DNA of 64,000 bases from Dipteris shenzhenensis (taxonomy: Eukaryota): NCBI GenBank assembly GCA_047967505.1, contig CM106538.1. The stretch is one strand, 5' to 3'. The notes beneath the pieces were generated by a model that saw nothing but the letters and a program-made list of their open reading frames with translations, searched no databases and was not told the origin of the DNA. Position numbers and translations under genes: made by a program. Positions 47,700 through 61,684 of this stretch are shown here, one piece after another; position 1 is the stretch's first letter; each line of letters opens with the position of its first letter.

Positions 47700-50013
47700 G
47701 GATAAGATGGAGAGGCTGAAGACCATGCACATTTCCAGGACTCAGATTATGGCCCCCCCAGCTAGTTAAGAGTACTGTGCTCTAAAAATATTGAGGCCTT
47801 TGTCGCGACATCTAGGGGGAACCCATACAACACATCCATAAAGAGGCCCTCTGTGAGCATGTTATCTAAGGTGATGACATTAGATGTGTGGGGAGTCGCC
47901 TACGGGAATGAAGGGTCTCCACTAGTGCTACCATTTCTACTCCAGGTGAGTGCAATGCAATCACCTTATATGAGAAGGCAGATAGCAGATGTAGTGATGA
48001 GAGTTGGAGGAGGGAGCATGGAGCAAAGTAGAGTAGGGGCAAAAAACAGCTAGAGGAGGGGTGTGGAGCAAAGTAGTAGAGCATGGGCGGATCAGCATGG
48101 GCGGATCATAGCAACGTAGTAAAATGCCAAATGCCACAGATCTTCTATATATTGTGGGGCACTGTGGTGGCTGGTAATTATCAGACAGCTCAGTGAATCT
48201 TAGCCGCCACCACAAACATGGCTGGGAATCTTAGATGCCACCATCTCTAATCATTCATTACCATGCACAATTTGGATGCTCTCTAGAACTTCACCAAGAT
48301 GGTGCAGGAGGTGAACGTGAAGGAGGGGCAACTAGTCTGTCAAGGTTAGAAGATTATCATAATTGAAAGCGTGATTGAAAAGGCTCTAGGAATTTTTGGA
48401 GGTAGTTTGCAAGCACACATTTTCGAGAAGCAGTGGAAGAGACATGATATTCTAGACGTATACCCCAACACTTAGATTAGTAAAGATGGTGAAGTCAAGA
48501 TTTTAAGCTTGCCAACAGAGCTCCAAGATGTGCTGAAGAAGACCATTCACTTCTTTCCTAATACAAGAGGAACATGCAAGTTCTAGTAGGTTCAACCATC
48601 AGTAGAGCAACTAAAAGGACGTGATGTATCTTTCTCAAGGGCGATCTCCAAGAGCATGTTCTACAAGAGAAAGCCACCAATGTAGCAAAAGGAGCACAAC
48701 TTGAGAAACGTCTCAGGGAAGGTGCAGAAGCAAAGGTAGAGGAGGCACAAGCGAGGGCCTTGCAGGCACAAGAGCAAGCTAAGGCCTCTACAAAAGTGGT
48801 CGACATGGAAAAGCATAGAAGAGAAGAAGCAGAGAAGTGCATGAAGGAGCTCCGAGATAGGCTCGAACAAGTGAGAAATGATGGGGACATGGCGAACAAG
48901 GAGCTATAAAATATGTGAAAGGACCTCGAAGATCAGAGAGCTAAAAGGAGGGTCTTTACAAACGGCTCTGCAACATGTAGAACACATTGAACATTGACAA
49001 AGACTAGATGATGGAGGAGCTAAAAAGGGAGAATGTAAAAACCAGAAAGGTGATGCAGGAAGTGTGAATGAGCTTCAAGGCTAGGAAGGATGGGGCAAAG
49101 AGTAGCCGAGGTGGCGAAGACAACGAGGCAGCTGCCCAGGCCAGGAAGGATGCAGAGAGTAGCCACGGTGGAGTAAGTTCTAGCCACCATGGTGGAGCAA
49201 GTTCTAGGCACCACAGTGGAGCAATTTGCAGTAGCCACCATGGTGAGGGTTGTTTTTTTGACACTGTTGGAAGTCCAAAGAGCAAGCTACAATACCCTAC
49301 AAGAAGATCATGATAGATGTTTCCACAAGCTTGCCATGGCTTTTGACAGTTATGAAAAGTAGTTCATCGTATTGCGAGATTTCCAAACTAGAGTGGAAGT
49401 CTTGGAAGCCGCCCATAAAGATGTTTTTCAGCAATTTATACAAGTTCAATGGATGCTGAGGGATTTAGATGAAGCTGCTGCACAGAGTGAGAAAAAAGTG
49501 AAGGAGATGAAGGATAACATCCGTAGCCTTAGGATGAGAGAGGAAGGAATCATGAAGCAACTTCGCCATGTGTAGAGTAAGAATGTGGTATTGATGGCCA
49601 CAATATAAAAATTGTATGCATATCCTGCTATGCAACAGGGTCCAAAATGCATGGTCTGCCATACCCCCATCATAGATGACTGCTATATCCAATGCCTTAC
49701 ATGCTACCACCCTGTGCATGTTTTTTGCTTTGGAGTGTTTGTGCATACAAAATCTCTATGTAGAGAATGCCATTTGCCATTGCCCAGATCAAATGTGCCT
49801 TCCTGTATAGTTCTCTACGATGCAAAATTAGATGCTGCAGCTCAATTTGCCATTTGGGAAAAAGATCTTAAAGACAAGGAGCTCAAATTGAAGAAGGCCA
49901 AGAACAAACCTGATTGCGACCAATGCGTAATAATGGTATTAAAAAACACCTTTCAAAGTTTTGGATCTCTAAAATTTCCAAGACTTCATAACTGTGCAAA
50001 TAAACACCTTTAA
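47700..50013 (+). pseudogene. Decayed ORF: coiled-coil region, Ser/His/Gly repeats, C-terminal RING-H2-like (or PHD-like) zinc finger
   Basis: E/K/A-rich fragments at 48560-49575, SSHHGGAS repeats, and CMVC-x14-CYHPVHVFC-x10-CREC at ~49648-49770. The start coordinate is approximate. Confidence 0.6.
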
Positions 50014-50149
50014 AATTTTGAGAAAGTAACACCAGTAAAATCTCAAAGAACAATATAATCCTCCCAGTAAACACCTTGCAATAGTTACAAAGGTTTTTAA
50101 AGATGTGTTTGCACTGAATGCATCACACACCTTGAAATAATGCTTTTTG

Positions 50150-50339
50150 TTGAAGGTAAAGGGAGGGGAAGGGGCCGAGGGATGGAATGGAGGGGGAAAG
50201 AGAGGAAAAGAGAGAGGGAAGGCTTGCAGAATGAAATCAGGGAAGGGGAAGAGCGAGGGGAGGAGGGGCGGGAGAGAGAGAGAAGGGGGGGGAGGGGAAG
50301 GGAAAGAGAGAGAGGGAGAGGAGGAGAGACGGAAGGCCA

Positions 50340-50384
<45 letters not shown>

Positions 50385-50835
50385 GGGAGGGGGGGAGGGG
50401 GGAGGGGGGAGAGGGGGGGGAGGTCTCTTGCATTGTCATAGTAGCAGCAAGAATTCTAACACAAAAAAGGGGAAGGGGGAGGGTCGAGAGGATTTTTTGA
50501 AAAGAAATGTAAAAGTATAGGAGGAGAGGGATGGGATGGAGGGGGAGGGGGTCATGCTATCATAGCAACCAAAAAAAAAAAGGCTTAGCCCCTTACACTG
50601 TTGTTGCTAGCATAGCGAGTGTGGGGAGGGGTGGGAGAGGATGGGAAAGGGTGGGGAAGGAAGGGAGGGAGAGTGGAGATGATAAGGGAAAGAGAGAGAG
50701 AGGGGGAGAGGGGAGGAGATAAGAGAGCAGAGGATAAGGCGAGGAGAGAGGGAGAGAAGGGAGGAGAATGAGAAATGAGAAGGAGGAGAAAGAAGAGGAA
50801 GATAGAAGGGACGAGAGGAGACAAGGGATGGGGGG

Positions 50836-50880
<45 letters not shown>

Positions 50881-51544
50881 AGGGGGGGAAGGGGAAGGGG
50901 AAGAGAGAGGGGATAGGGGAGGGGAGGGGAGGGGAGGGGAGGGAAGGGGCTCTCTTGCATTGTTGTGGTGGCAAGACTTTTAACACAAAAAGAGGAAAGG
51001 GAGATGGGAAAGGGAAGGGGGATGGGAGAGGGGAGAGATGATGTTTTGGAAAACAATTTAAAAAGGTAGGGGGTGGGTGGGGGAGGGAGTCGTGCCGCCG
51101 CAGTAGAGGGAAAAACCTTTCTTCTTCTTTTTTTTTCTGTGCAGCCCCTTAGACTACCATGGCATCACAATGAGCATGAGGAGGGGTGGGAGAGGAGTGA
51201 GAAAGGGTTGGGACGGAATAGAGAGAGAGAGGAGAGGAGAAGGGGAAGGGGAAGAAAGAGAGAGAGGGAGGGGCAGAGAGAGGGGCAAAGAATGAAAAGA
51301 TAGAGGGAGAGAAGGGAGGAGAATGGGAAGGGAGAGCGAAAGGGAGAGAGGAAGGGGGCACAACGAGGAAGAAGGAGAGAGGAAGGGAGGGGAGCACAAT
51401 GGGGCAGGAGTAGAAGGGAGGTAGTGATAAAAAATGAGTTATAGGAGAGAGATGAGAGTCAATTTTTAGCCTTGAAGGAATTGAAACCCTAGAATTCAAA
51501 TTTCCCACTCTAGAATTCAAAGTTCCCGCTCCCTCTTCCTCCCC

Positions 51545-51629
<85 letters not shown>

Positions 51630-51650
51630 ACCGTTTCTTCCTCCCCCCCC
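50150..51650. repeat. GA-rich low-complexity tract with (GA)n and (CT)n microsatellites and a degenerate ~530-bp duplication
   Basis: TCTCTTGCATTGT...GCAAGA.TT.TAACACAAAAA at ~50424 and ~50951, each preceded by (GA)n; (CT)n at 51548-51627. Confidence 0.85.
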
Positions 51651-53097
51651 TTTAGATTTTGCATTATTAGTGCAAAATGATGTGTACATAAGTAAATTTT
51701 TTATTCCAAAAGGGTAGTGCCCGCCGGTCGAAGTAAAATTTTGGTTTGGAAGGATATTTTCATAAAGTTGATTTTTCAGTTTGGAAGGATATTTTCATAA
51801 AGTAAAATTTTGGTTTGGAAGGATATTTTGATAAAGTTGATTTTTTGAATGGAAATTTAAGTACAAAAATGAATTGGGACCGTCCACCAATCTATATAAA
51901 ATTTATATTAAATTTTATAATTTTAATTTTATTTGGTTAAAAAAACTCTCAAATTTGACTTACTTTTTTTGTTTTAATTTGTTTTTTCAATAGTTGTTTT
52001 CTTATAATTTTTTTTCCAAAAGTACTTATGAAATGAATTTGGACATTGTGGAGGTTAAAATTAATGAAATGTATGCCTTATCCTCTCCATTGACAAGCAC
52101 AATGACATTTTATGCCTTCGCAAAAATTTCCCATTGACCTATTGGATCTCCCAACACTTGAGGGAAAATTTTCACAGCTATGAATTTTACCTTTGACCTT
52201 AAAATTTGGCCATGTCCTTGCCATTTCATGTAGAGATAGTCAAATACTCAGGTTTGCATTTGATCTCGTAAATATTTTGATGTTATAATGGCTTGAATAT
52301 ATTCATCACTCAATCCTACCAAGTGTTGAATTGTTAACTGACGGACAAGCATCTCAACCTTAGCCTTCAACTGGGTTACCTCATTCTCTTGTGTTGCCAA
52401 GAAGGATGGGTATGTAGTGATCTAATGCATGCAACAATAGTTTTTTAAGCACTAAAAATACTAAAAAATAAAGAAATATAGGAGTTACACATGCAATCTA
52501 ATGTAAATTCAGCCATTCACAAACGATGTTCAACACGATTGACTGCGATGATGCAAAATAACTTTCATAGAACTGAGATAGAACTTCTGTAGAATAACAA
52601 AATACTAAATGTGTTTTGCTTTCTAAAACAATGGAGGATTGTGTCAAGTAATAGGCAGCCCACTACACAATCCACTATCATAATGCAAAGTGTTTGTTTA
52701 AATGTATTAGAAATCTTTGTGAAGTCACTATCTAGTATCAACCTATTAGGTGGTAGAGGCTAGAACAGGAAACATGTAACATCATCACATAACCAAGATG
52801 ATATAGATTAGCTTTGTTATTCACACATCTAGTTGGGACATGTTATTACCAGAATGAACCAACCGAAGAAAGCGGGCCATCATCCAAAGTAAAACCGAGC
52901 TCTATCTACACCTAGGTATAAAAATAATACATAAATAAATATGGCATATAACTAGATCAAAGCGGGGGGAACTGACTCAAAAACATGAGACATCTCTTAG
53001 CTTTGGTCTTTATTATCACAGGAGCACACATCAATAAAGGTGAGGTGATTCTGACTAGCTCAAGTGGGCCCTCTCCTAGCCTACTAACACATAAAGA

Positions 53098-53134
<37 letters not shown>

Positions 53135-54281
53135 TTCTATAGTCAGCTAGGACGAGATGATTTTGAATGATTAAAGTCACTTGGCTCGATTGACCCACAT
53201 AAAGAGAGAAAAAAAAGCAAAAAAACTCACCAAAATATCAAGAAAGTGGAAAACGTGCAACTCCAAAAATGACAATGTGAGTGGTGTTTTTGCAAATAAT
53301 GTAGGGGACGGCCTTTTTATAACCTATCGGAGACATATCACGTGCTACCTTGAGCTACCACAAGAGCCCTTGTTTGTTTCCCTAAAATATCAACAAAGCT
53401 CATTGGGATGTGTGGTATCCTAAAATATACCATGTGGTATATTAACATACCGTGCAGTGTACCTAATACTGCACCATATTTGTTTATAGCGAGCAATAAG
53501 TCAATAAACATACCGCATGGTATTTGTGTATATGACATTAAGTCGGTGATATACCAGAGGGTATTTGTGTATACCATGTAGTATTTGTTCGGTAAATAGG
53601 TCACCTTTAACCGGTTGAAAAAAAAAAATTTGTTGCATTTAGAACATGAAGATGCGATCTTTTAAATAAAAAAGTACATATATATATATATATTTTTTAA
53701 AGGTACCTTTTACATCCCTACATTCACACAAAAATTGCAACGGCCTATAAGTTTGCAACTAATAAGAATACAACACATCCAAACGTAATTATCATACACA
53801 AAACATAAATTCTTGAAAAACACATGGATGAAACATATGGTTGTAATATATATTGGAACACACATGGATAGAACATATAGGTGTAATATAGAATACTGAA
53901 ATAATCTTGGCTTGAAGTATTAGATCTAAGAGACCTAGACATAGGCTATGGTTCCAACTAGCCCCTTGTTTTGTACATAATACAAAGCCAAGTTGTAGTC
54001 ATAAGATGGGGCCCTAGGCTAGGGATTAGAGAGTAGAGGAGGAGTTTTATACATGAAAAAAAACCAACCAAGTATCAAAAGGGACCTTCACTATGGACAG
54101 TAGAGGAGTAGTTAACTATCCTCCTCAATCCACAATGTGTGAAAATGAAGATTGTCTACTACTACCTCTAGTATTATTTCAATCATTAGGGAAATTTTGG
54201 ACTTAAAAAGTTCATCATATGCAGTGGATTAGAAAAAAAGATTAAGAACTAACAAGGTCTATAGAGGGTTCACCCCCATAT

Positions 54282-55030
54282 TGTTGGGGAGTGGGAGAGA
54301 AGAAGGACATCATGGAAGAGAGTGTGACAACCAAAGACTAAAGTGTTCCATTGATTTGAGATGGAAGGCTCTCATTTATAGAATGGGAGACAGGGTCGCT
54401 TAGATCATAGGCACCTTTCCTACATCAAAGGAAGTCAATCCCTACATCATAGGGACTTCTACATGAAAGGAACCTCTCCAAGTGGGAGCCTCGCATTACA
54501 TCATCACCTGTGTCATGGTCTAGACACCTCATAGTAGTAAGTGTGCTTCACACGATCAAACAAACACACACATGATCATATGACTACTAGAGCAAGACCT
54601 TGATCACACAATTCCCAACATACTTCCCCTCAAGGGTGTGCTTGTTGCTATGTCAAGGATACATCTAGTCCCATAGTTTCACATGCCATGTCATGGTGGT
54701 CAAGGATAAATCTATGGCTAGGATCTCATGCTAGCAAAGGTGCCCAAGGATCAAGGTTTATAAAATCGGATACACATGCCAAAATGGTTATCTCCATTGC
54801 GTGTACAAGGACTAATATTAGGCCTTTGTGTGGACCTATTTTCTCATGTCAGTAAGAGGTACCATGGAGGCAAACACATATCACATGGCCTACATCATAT
54901 GGTGACTAAAGGTGATTTACAAAGACTATAAGGAAAAAACACATAAAATTATTTTTGGAGTTCTACTCTAGGTAGAGAACCTCAAATTGACTACATGACC
55001 AAGTGATGATAAAAGTTCAAAGCAAGGAGA
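54282..55030 (-). mobile_element. Truncated relative of the gag-only LTR element: LTR (~54282-54620), PPT and 3' internal region
   Basis: ATTCCCAACA|TACTTCCCCTCAA, then TGTCAAGGATACATCTAGTC...GGTCAAGGATAAATCTATG.CTAGG.TCTCATGCTAGCAAAGG, homologous to 35338-35680. Confidence 0.75.
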
Positions 55031-58000
55031 CACGTAGAATAGAGAATGCACACCCCTCAAATACTGTTGTCGATGTTGCAGTAAAAAGATGATCCTACTC
55101 CATGCTATCATCCCTCCCTAAGGACTCATGGGCAAATAAATCTTGCACCCTATCATTGAACACCCCCTCCTCCAGGGCTACTATCACCATCACTCCATGC
55201 ATCCATAATGGTCCCCCCCGAAGATCCCACCTCATATCACTGATGCTTTGCCTCCTGACATGACGAGCATAGAGCAACATATGTGGGTGTGGCACTGCAT
55301 CCTATGTCAAATAGAAAAGGAGCACATATCAAACAATTGAACACCCATAGGTATCTCAATTAACCTCAAAGTTTTAACACTTTCCATGGATGTGGTCACA
55401 TCCCATTCTCTATACTTTAAGATGTGACTGAGTGTAATTTTATGTGCACGACACATGTTCCCTCAACATCGCTCCAACCACATTTCTTGATTGTGGAGAT
55501 GGAGGGATTCATCCTCACTGGAGGTGCTTGTTGAAGATGAGGACATCCTATAAATAATCACAACTCAAAAATTTAGTCCAAAATGTTAGTCAAGCCCTTC
55601 AAATTTGTACCCAAATTATGTGTAGCACTCTTACCGCATCTGTACTGTGAAAATGCATCTATAGGTACGTCTATTACACAATACAAATGCATCTATAGAT
55701 GCATGTTTAGACGTGCTTCTTGGTTTAAAACCTACATCAACAAAAGCTTTTCCTCACTACGCCATGCTTGCTTTCCTCTCACCTTGTTTTTCCATCCCTA
55801 AGATTAGCTCATCTTCAAGCATATATACCTCATCTCCAAGCATACAAGAGAAGAGGGTGAAGAAGGAGGCCACAAGTGAAGAGGGAAAATAAGGTATTGA
55901 GAATAAGGAGAAGAAGCTTTTCATACCTCTATTGAAGATAAGTCTCTTGTCGGTTGCTCTTCTCTCTCAATCTATGATGCTTCTTGTACTTGTGGAAAGA
56001 TGTTTTCTTCAGATTCATCCTCTTTGGCACAAGAAAGAATGTTTTTGGGCACTTTTTTTTAATCTAGAGGTCGTTTAGTCTGTTGTTGTCAGATTTTTAT
56101 CGAGTTTTGGGTGCCAAAGCACATGTAACAGTGCGTCTAACAAAGCATCAAGCTATTTTTGAACTATGTACCTGTGCCTATAGATGTGTTGGTAGCTGTG
56201 GTGACAGTTTGATAAAAAATTTCCCCGTCTCCTATTTCCCTTTTTCTTCTCCTTCTCCTTCCCAATCCATTTTCCCTTCTTCTTTTTTCCCTTTTCCTTC
56301 TCCTTCTCCTTCTCATTCCCTTTTCCTTCTCCTTCTCTCTCATCCCCCTTCTCATTTTTTAATTTTCCTATACTCATTCCGTCTTCTCCTCCTTCTCTTT
56401 CTCTTCTCTTTCTTGATCCTTTCTTCTCCTTTCCCTCGGGAGGTGCACTACTAAGAAATCCTAGGTATCATGTGCATTCAAGGTGTCTTTGAAACATCCC
56501 TCAACTAAAATTTTTGCTCCAATAAAACTACCCCTCTTTAGTTATGAACTAAGGGATTTTTTTCTAAAGTTGAAATTTAAAACCCCTCTTGTTATTTTAA
56601 TCGTATTAAAATTTTCTCAAAAGTGGGATTAAAATACCCCTCTTTTTTAATGTGTGTGGTACACTAAAATCTTTGGAGGTGAAGCCCCCGTGTCCTTTCC
56701 CTTGCATGCATAATTAATGCATGTATAAGTTGAATTTTCAATGCATTGAGATGGGGTAGGTTGTATGCATTGTTCTTTCCTTCTAATTGATGGTCATGAA
56801 TATGCATATGCATGTGTATTGGGGTAGAGCATGCTTTTTTATGCTTTTGGAAAGAGGTATGCATGATGGAAATAAGGGATTGCATGAGGGAAATAGGGGA
56901 AGCATGAAGGAAATTGGGATAAAGCATGCTTCTTCCTCTTATTCTCTTCCTCCCTTTATTTCTTCTCTTCTTTCTTTCTTCTCTTTTCTTCTATGCTCTT
57001 CTTCTCTTCTTGTCTTTTCTCTCTTCTTCTCCTAATCCCTTCCTTTATTTTCTTCTTTCTCCTCTTCTATTCTTTTCTGTTCTTCTTTTTTCTCTTATTA
57101 CTCTGATTCTCTTCTCTTTTCTCTTCTTTTATATCTTCTTCTTTCTCTTATTACTCCTAGTTTGTATGCTCTACTCATTACTTGCCTTATTCTATGTGTC
57201 TGTGTATTTCTAGTTCATCATGTGGCGAGGAAGCTCTTCAAGAGGTTTTCCTGATCCTCAAGATGCATTTTCACAGCAATTATATAATATATTGGGGCAC
57301 ACTCCCACTCCATAGGAGTTATATACATACACACCCATACAACTTGAGGTCACCCAAGGGGTCACTCCTTTAGAGTAGAGACAACCCAATAGAAGTCAGA
57401 GCCGCCAACCCTTTCTCGTGCAGTTAGGATCCCCTTCTAGGTCACAGAGCCGCCAACCTACTCTTGTGCAGCCAGGAGCCTTTTACAAATTGCAGAGCTA
57501 TGTGCCTACTCTTGTGTAGTCGGGAGCCCCTTTTGCAGAGGTGAGTGTCCATCACAGTAGCTCATCACAATGTAGCAGCAGGCGTAGTAGCAAGGAGAGT
57601 AGCCACACAAGATGCATGGCATAGTGCTTTGGGGGTGGGGATGATTCAGATGCAGATGTGGGAGAGGGTGATGGTATGATATACTATGATATCACTAAGA
57701 TGGGTAGCATCTTGCAAGATTCATGAAGGAAGGAAGTCATGTCATTCATGCACTCTATAGTTCATAAGCACTACTACACACAGGCCTTATTTTGATGGTT
57801 AAGTGTCGACGTTTAGTGTGTGTGGTGTGCTAATCATCGGTACATAAGGTGGGCTTAAAACGGTTGGTATATAGCGACTAAAGGTCACTATACACCAAAT
57901 TTTTACAAAGGTCGCTATATAATGACCTTTATAAAATGTTGGTATATAGCAATGTTTCTAAGACTTGTAAATGTTGGGTATATAGTGACATTTTTAGACT

Positions 58001-58939
58001 TGTAAAATGTCGTTATATTATGACTCGGAGACACTTTCCTATAGCGACGTTTTACAGAGAGTATTTTTTCCCATATCGACCTTTAAAGATAGTTTTTGCC
58101 AATGACAAAAAAAGATCTTTTCATACATTTTTGATCCTTTGAATGAATAAAAGTACAAGAGCATGTACATCAAGTTTAAAGCTGAACATATATTCATCGT
58201 GTCCAATTTTGAGATGAAAAAAATCAATGAAGAGCATTTACATCAACGGCTTCATCCTGAGCCAACTCTAGCATGCCAAACAAATCTATCTCCAACTCTA
58301 TACCAAGTTGATCTCCTATATCATCATCATACATCCACCTAAGACTTGGTGTTCTTCAATAAAGTCGAGTGATTCTTGATGATCATCATCTTCTTCCTCA
58401 ATATCATGATCTCCATCTTCCTCTCGTATGATGTCATTATGTGCATCTTCCCCTTGGCTCATATTGTGATCTTCATCTTCTTTGCTAGATCAATTTGGAT
58501 CAAGTGGATTTGGCATTGGTAGTGGCATCTCCATATCTACATCTCTATCTTCAAAAATTTGCTTACTTCGTGGTGCAACTTGGATCACATACCACCATCT
58601 TAGATCAAAAACGATCCGAATGAAAAACCACCTATATTGAAGATGGTGCCAAATGCCATCAATTATATGAATTTATGCTTAAGTACATGTACCAATTGAT
58701 CTTTAAAAATGAAAGCTTTGATTAATTAAATCATTAGTATGCACTGCTCACAATGGTTAGGAAGAACAAAAGTATCACTTTCATTGGTCCAAAGTTTGGT
58801 GGTCTATTGCAAACAAACCACTACTGTCTTTCCTCACTGTCACATGGGGACCGTTGTAAATAGTTCTAAACCATTTTACATCAAGATTGAAATTACTAAA
58901 TCTTATGAAATAAATTTCATAGATTCCATACCCACCATT

Positions 58940-59795
58940 GTCAGCATCTTCTCTTCGCTTCTTTTTCCCTCTCTTTTCCCCTCTCTTTCATCCTTGTTTC
59001 TCTCTTTTCATAAGCATATGCTAAAGTAGATGCGTATGCTTATGCATGAGCATATTCTCATATGCTTATGCTTATGCATGCACATATGCTCATATGCTCA
59101 TGCATAAGCATAAGCATATGCTTTCTCTCTTTTTCGCTTTTTCCCCTCTCTTTTTTTCTCTCTTTTCTTCTTTTCCCCTCTCTTTTCTCCTTCTCTTTTT
59201 CTCTCTTTCAATCTCTTCCTTCTCTTCTTTTTCCCTCTCTTTTCCCCTCTCTTTCATCCTCTTTTCTCTCTTTTCATAAGCATATGCATTTGCGTATGCT
59301 TATGCTCATATGCTTTCTCTGTTTTTCTGCTTTTTTCTTCTCTCTTCCTCTCTTTCAATCACTTCCTTCTCTTCTTTTTCCCTCTTTTTTCCCCTCTCTT
59401 TCATCCTCTTTTCTCTCTTTTCATAAGCATATGCATTTGCATATGCTTATGCTCATATGCTTATTCTTATGCATTAGCATATGCTCATACGCTCATGCAT
59501 AAGCATAAGCATATGCTTTCTTTTTCTCTTTTTCCCCTCTCTTTTTTCCTCTCTTCTCTTCTTTTTCCCTTTTTTTTTTTCCTTCTCTTTTCCCCCCTTC
59601 ATTCCTCTTCTTTTTCCCTCTCTTTTCCCCTCTCTTTCATCCTCGTTTCTCTCTTTTCATAAGCATATGCATTTGCGTATGCTTATGCTTATGCTATGCT
59701 CATGCATAAGCATAAGCATATGCTTTCTCTCTTTTTCTGCTCTTTTCTTCTTTTCCCCTCTCTTTTTTCTTCTCTCTTCCTTCTCTTCTTGTTCC
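58940..59795. repeat. Compound repeat of alternating CT-rich blocks and GCATATGC/GCTTATGC/GCATAAGC blocks
   Basis: CCCTCTCTTTCATCCT..TT.CTCTCTTTTCATAAGCATATGC occurs 4 times (~58980, 59245, 59392, 59628). Confidence 0.85.
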
Positions 59796-59797
59796 CA

Positions 59798-60517
59798 TGC
59801 TCCACTCTCGTGTAACTACGTGGGAACCGGCTAACTCTACTTGTAAGCCCCCCATATGAGGAGAAGGCATTTGAGTAGCTCAGTTATCCGGTAGGTCCTG
59901 GTTTGGACACCAAATGGGGGCCATGTGTGGTCTGATGGCTAGATGGATTTAGATAGAGTTGGCACACTGCCAACTAGGCTACATGCAAGTGTGGGAAGGC
60001 ATCCCATGACTGACCGCACTGGGGGTAGACGGAGCATTTCTCAAGGCAGCCCACTCTGGGGTTGCGGGGCTTGTTTGGAGCCCCAGATGATCTCGGATGG
60101 CTTCGGGCCAAATGGCGAGCGTAGGTTAGTTGCTCTATTCTACGCCACAATTCTATGGTGTGGTCAGTGGCCTATTTCAAGACTGACCTCTAGTCGGCCA
60201 TTTTGGGCCGACTGGGTCAGTCTCCCAATTGCGTCTAATCGACTACGACTGGTGGCTATATAAGAGCAAGCTCATGAAGCCCATCATCATCACTGGCTAT
60301 AGCAACCATGATTCCTTAGAATCTAGCCTCCGTCCTCCACTGTTTCCAGCACACCATCGAAGCTTTTGACATAGGAGTGCACAGCTAGGAGGCAGCGCCA
60401 TCTATTGTATCAGTTTTATAGTAATCAAATTTTCGATTCTCCATACTATCTGTTTCTCTCTCGTGCATACAAGATCTTGTTATCTGTTGAGCACAGATGT
60501 TGTATTGTTTTCTTACA
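59798..60517 (+). mobile_element. 5'-clipped solo LTR of the 38650-45416 copia family
   Basis: ATGCTCCACTCTCGTGTAACTA ... GTATTGTTTTCTTACA is collinear with 44684-45416. It lacks the first ~12 bp and no PBS follows. Confidence 0.92.
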
Positions 60518-61020
60518 CCTAGAGGATCAAAAGGAAAGTACCTTGAATAGTAATGCAGAGTAGTAGACCTCCTCCACTATTTTGGCACGGTTGGAGAATG
60601 TCTCTTTTGGACACAGATTTTGCTTAAGCATACTTTTGGAGACATATTTTGCGCTCTCTTTTTGTACATGAGAACTCTTGTTTAACAATAGTATTTTTTG
60701 TAATATTTTTTATATTTGAAAACCTTCTTGGATTCCACTTGTCTTTCATGAATATTTTTCCTTCCAAAATTGGCTTTTCATAATTTTCTTAAGTAAATAA
60801 TTGTCCTTTCATAATTTTCCTTTTTGCTTGATGTCCTTTCATAATTTTGTTAAGTAATCAATTGTCATTTCATAGTTTTATTAAATTGAATTTGATTTTG
60901 AATTTCATAATTGTCTTTCTGCTTCTTACCCACTCTTGTGTTTGTTTTTATTTTCCTATTTGTGTTTGCATTTGTCCAATCCCCCCAAATTAGACAAAGC
61001 ATGATCCCATGTCTAATTAG

Positions 61021-61684
61021 ACAAAGCATGATCCCTATGGAGACTAGATGGGCAGACAAAGCTGAGTGGAATTTTTTGAAGAAGGAGTATACAGACCAAC
61101 CCCAAAATTTTGATAGTCAGAGGAGGGCTAGGAGGGGATGGCTGGACACCATAGGTGCTTCGCACTTTGGTGCAAGAAGACAGTTGGCGTTCAAGGCATG
61201 GGTGGTAAGTCTACTTCTTCTCATTTAATTTATTGTTCTATTTGTTTTATTACATATTGCATGCACTTTATCTAGCTCTCATAAATTGGGCCCATGGCAA
61301 GCTGCGATGGGTTGCCTTCCCAGACACAAAGAGATGAGATGCGTATTTCACATAGAAGCGAAGCCGTGGTTTATTGAGATGGAGGCACTGGGAGTGACAA
61401 TCGATTGGGCTAAGGTGGCTGCTCGTTGGTATAAGTCTACTCCTACTTGTAATCTTACCTTTTAAATTATTTTATTCTTTAAGTTCCAATCTAATTTCCA
61501 ATTAATATGGTTTCATTAATAGGGTGCAAGCTCGAACGTCCCATCAGCAGAGGTGAGTGGTGATGATGAGGAGGCAACTCTTGAGGGATTTGGCTTACAT
61601 GGCTTTGATGAGGGCCAGGGATCAAGCCAACACGACCACAATGACGATGATGATGATGACGATTCAGATGAGCAGCAGCAGTAG
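61021..61684 (+). pseudogene. Three exon-like segments of an unknown, probably CACTA-associated accessory gene with an acidic C-terminus
   Basis: AG/GT-bounded blocks at ~61021-61204 (METRWADKAEWNFLKKEY...FKAWV|GTAAGT), ~61275-61428 and ~61521-61684 (GDDEEATLEG...DDDDDDDSDEQQQ*). Confidence 0.4.

Larger units (their letters stand above)
46069..52080. mobile_element. Putative non-autonomous DNA element related to the large element by its subterminal repeats; carries a decayed coiled-coil + RING ORF
   Basis: Right end has 3x TTTGGAAGGATATTTT(C/G)ATAAAGT (51740-51838) and AAAATTAATGAAATGTATGCCTTA. Left end has AAGGCCTATTTG and the inverted motif AAAATATCCTT at ~46211. Boundaries are uncertain and no TSD was confirmed. 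Confidence 0.45.
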
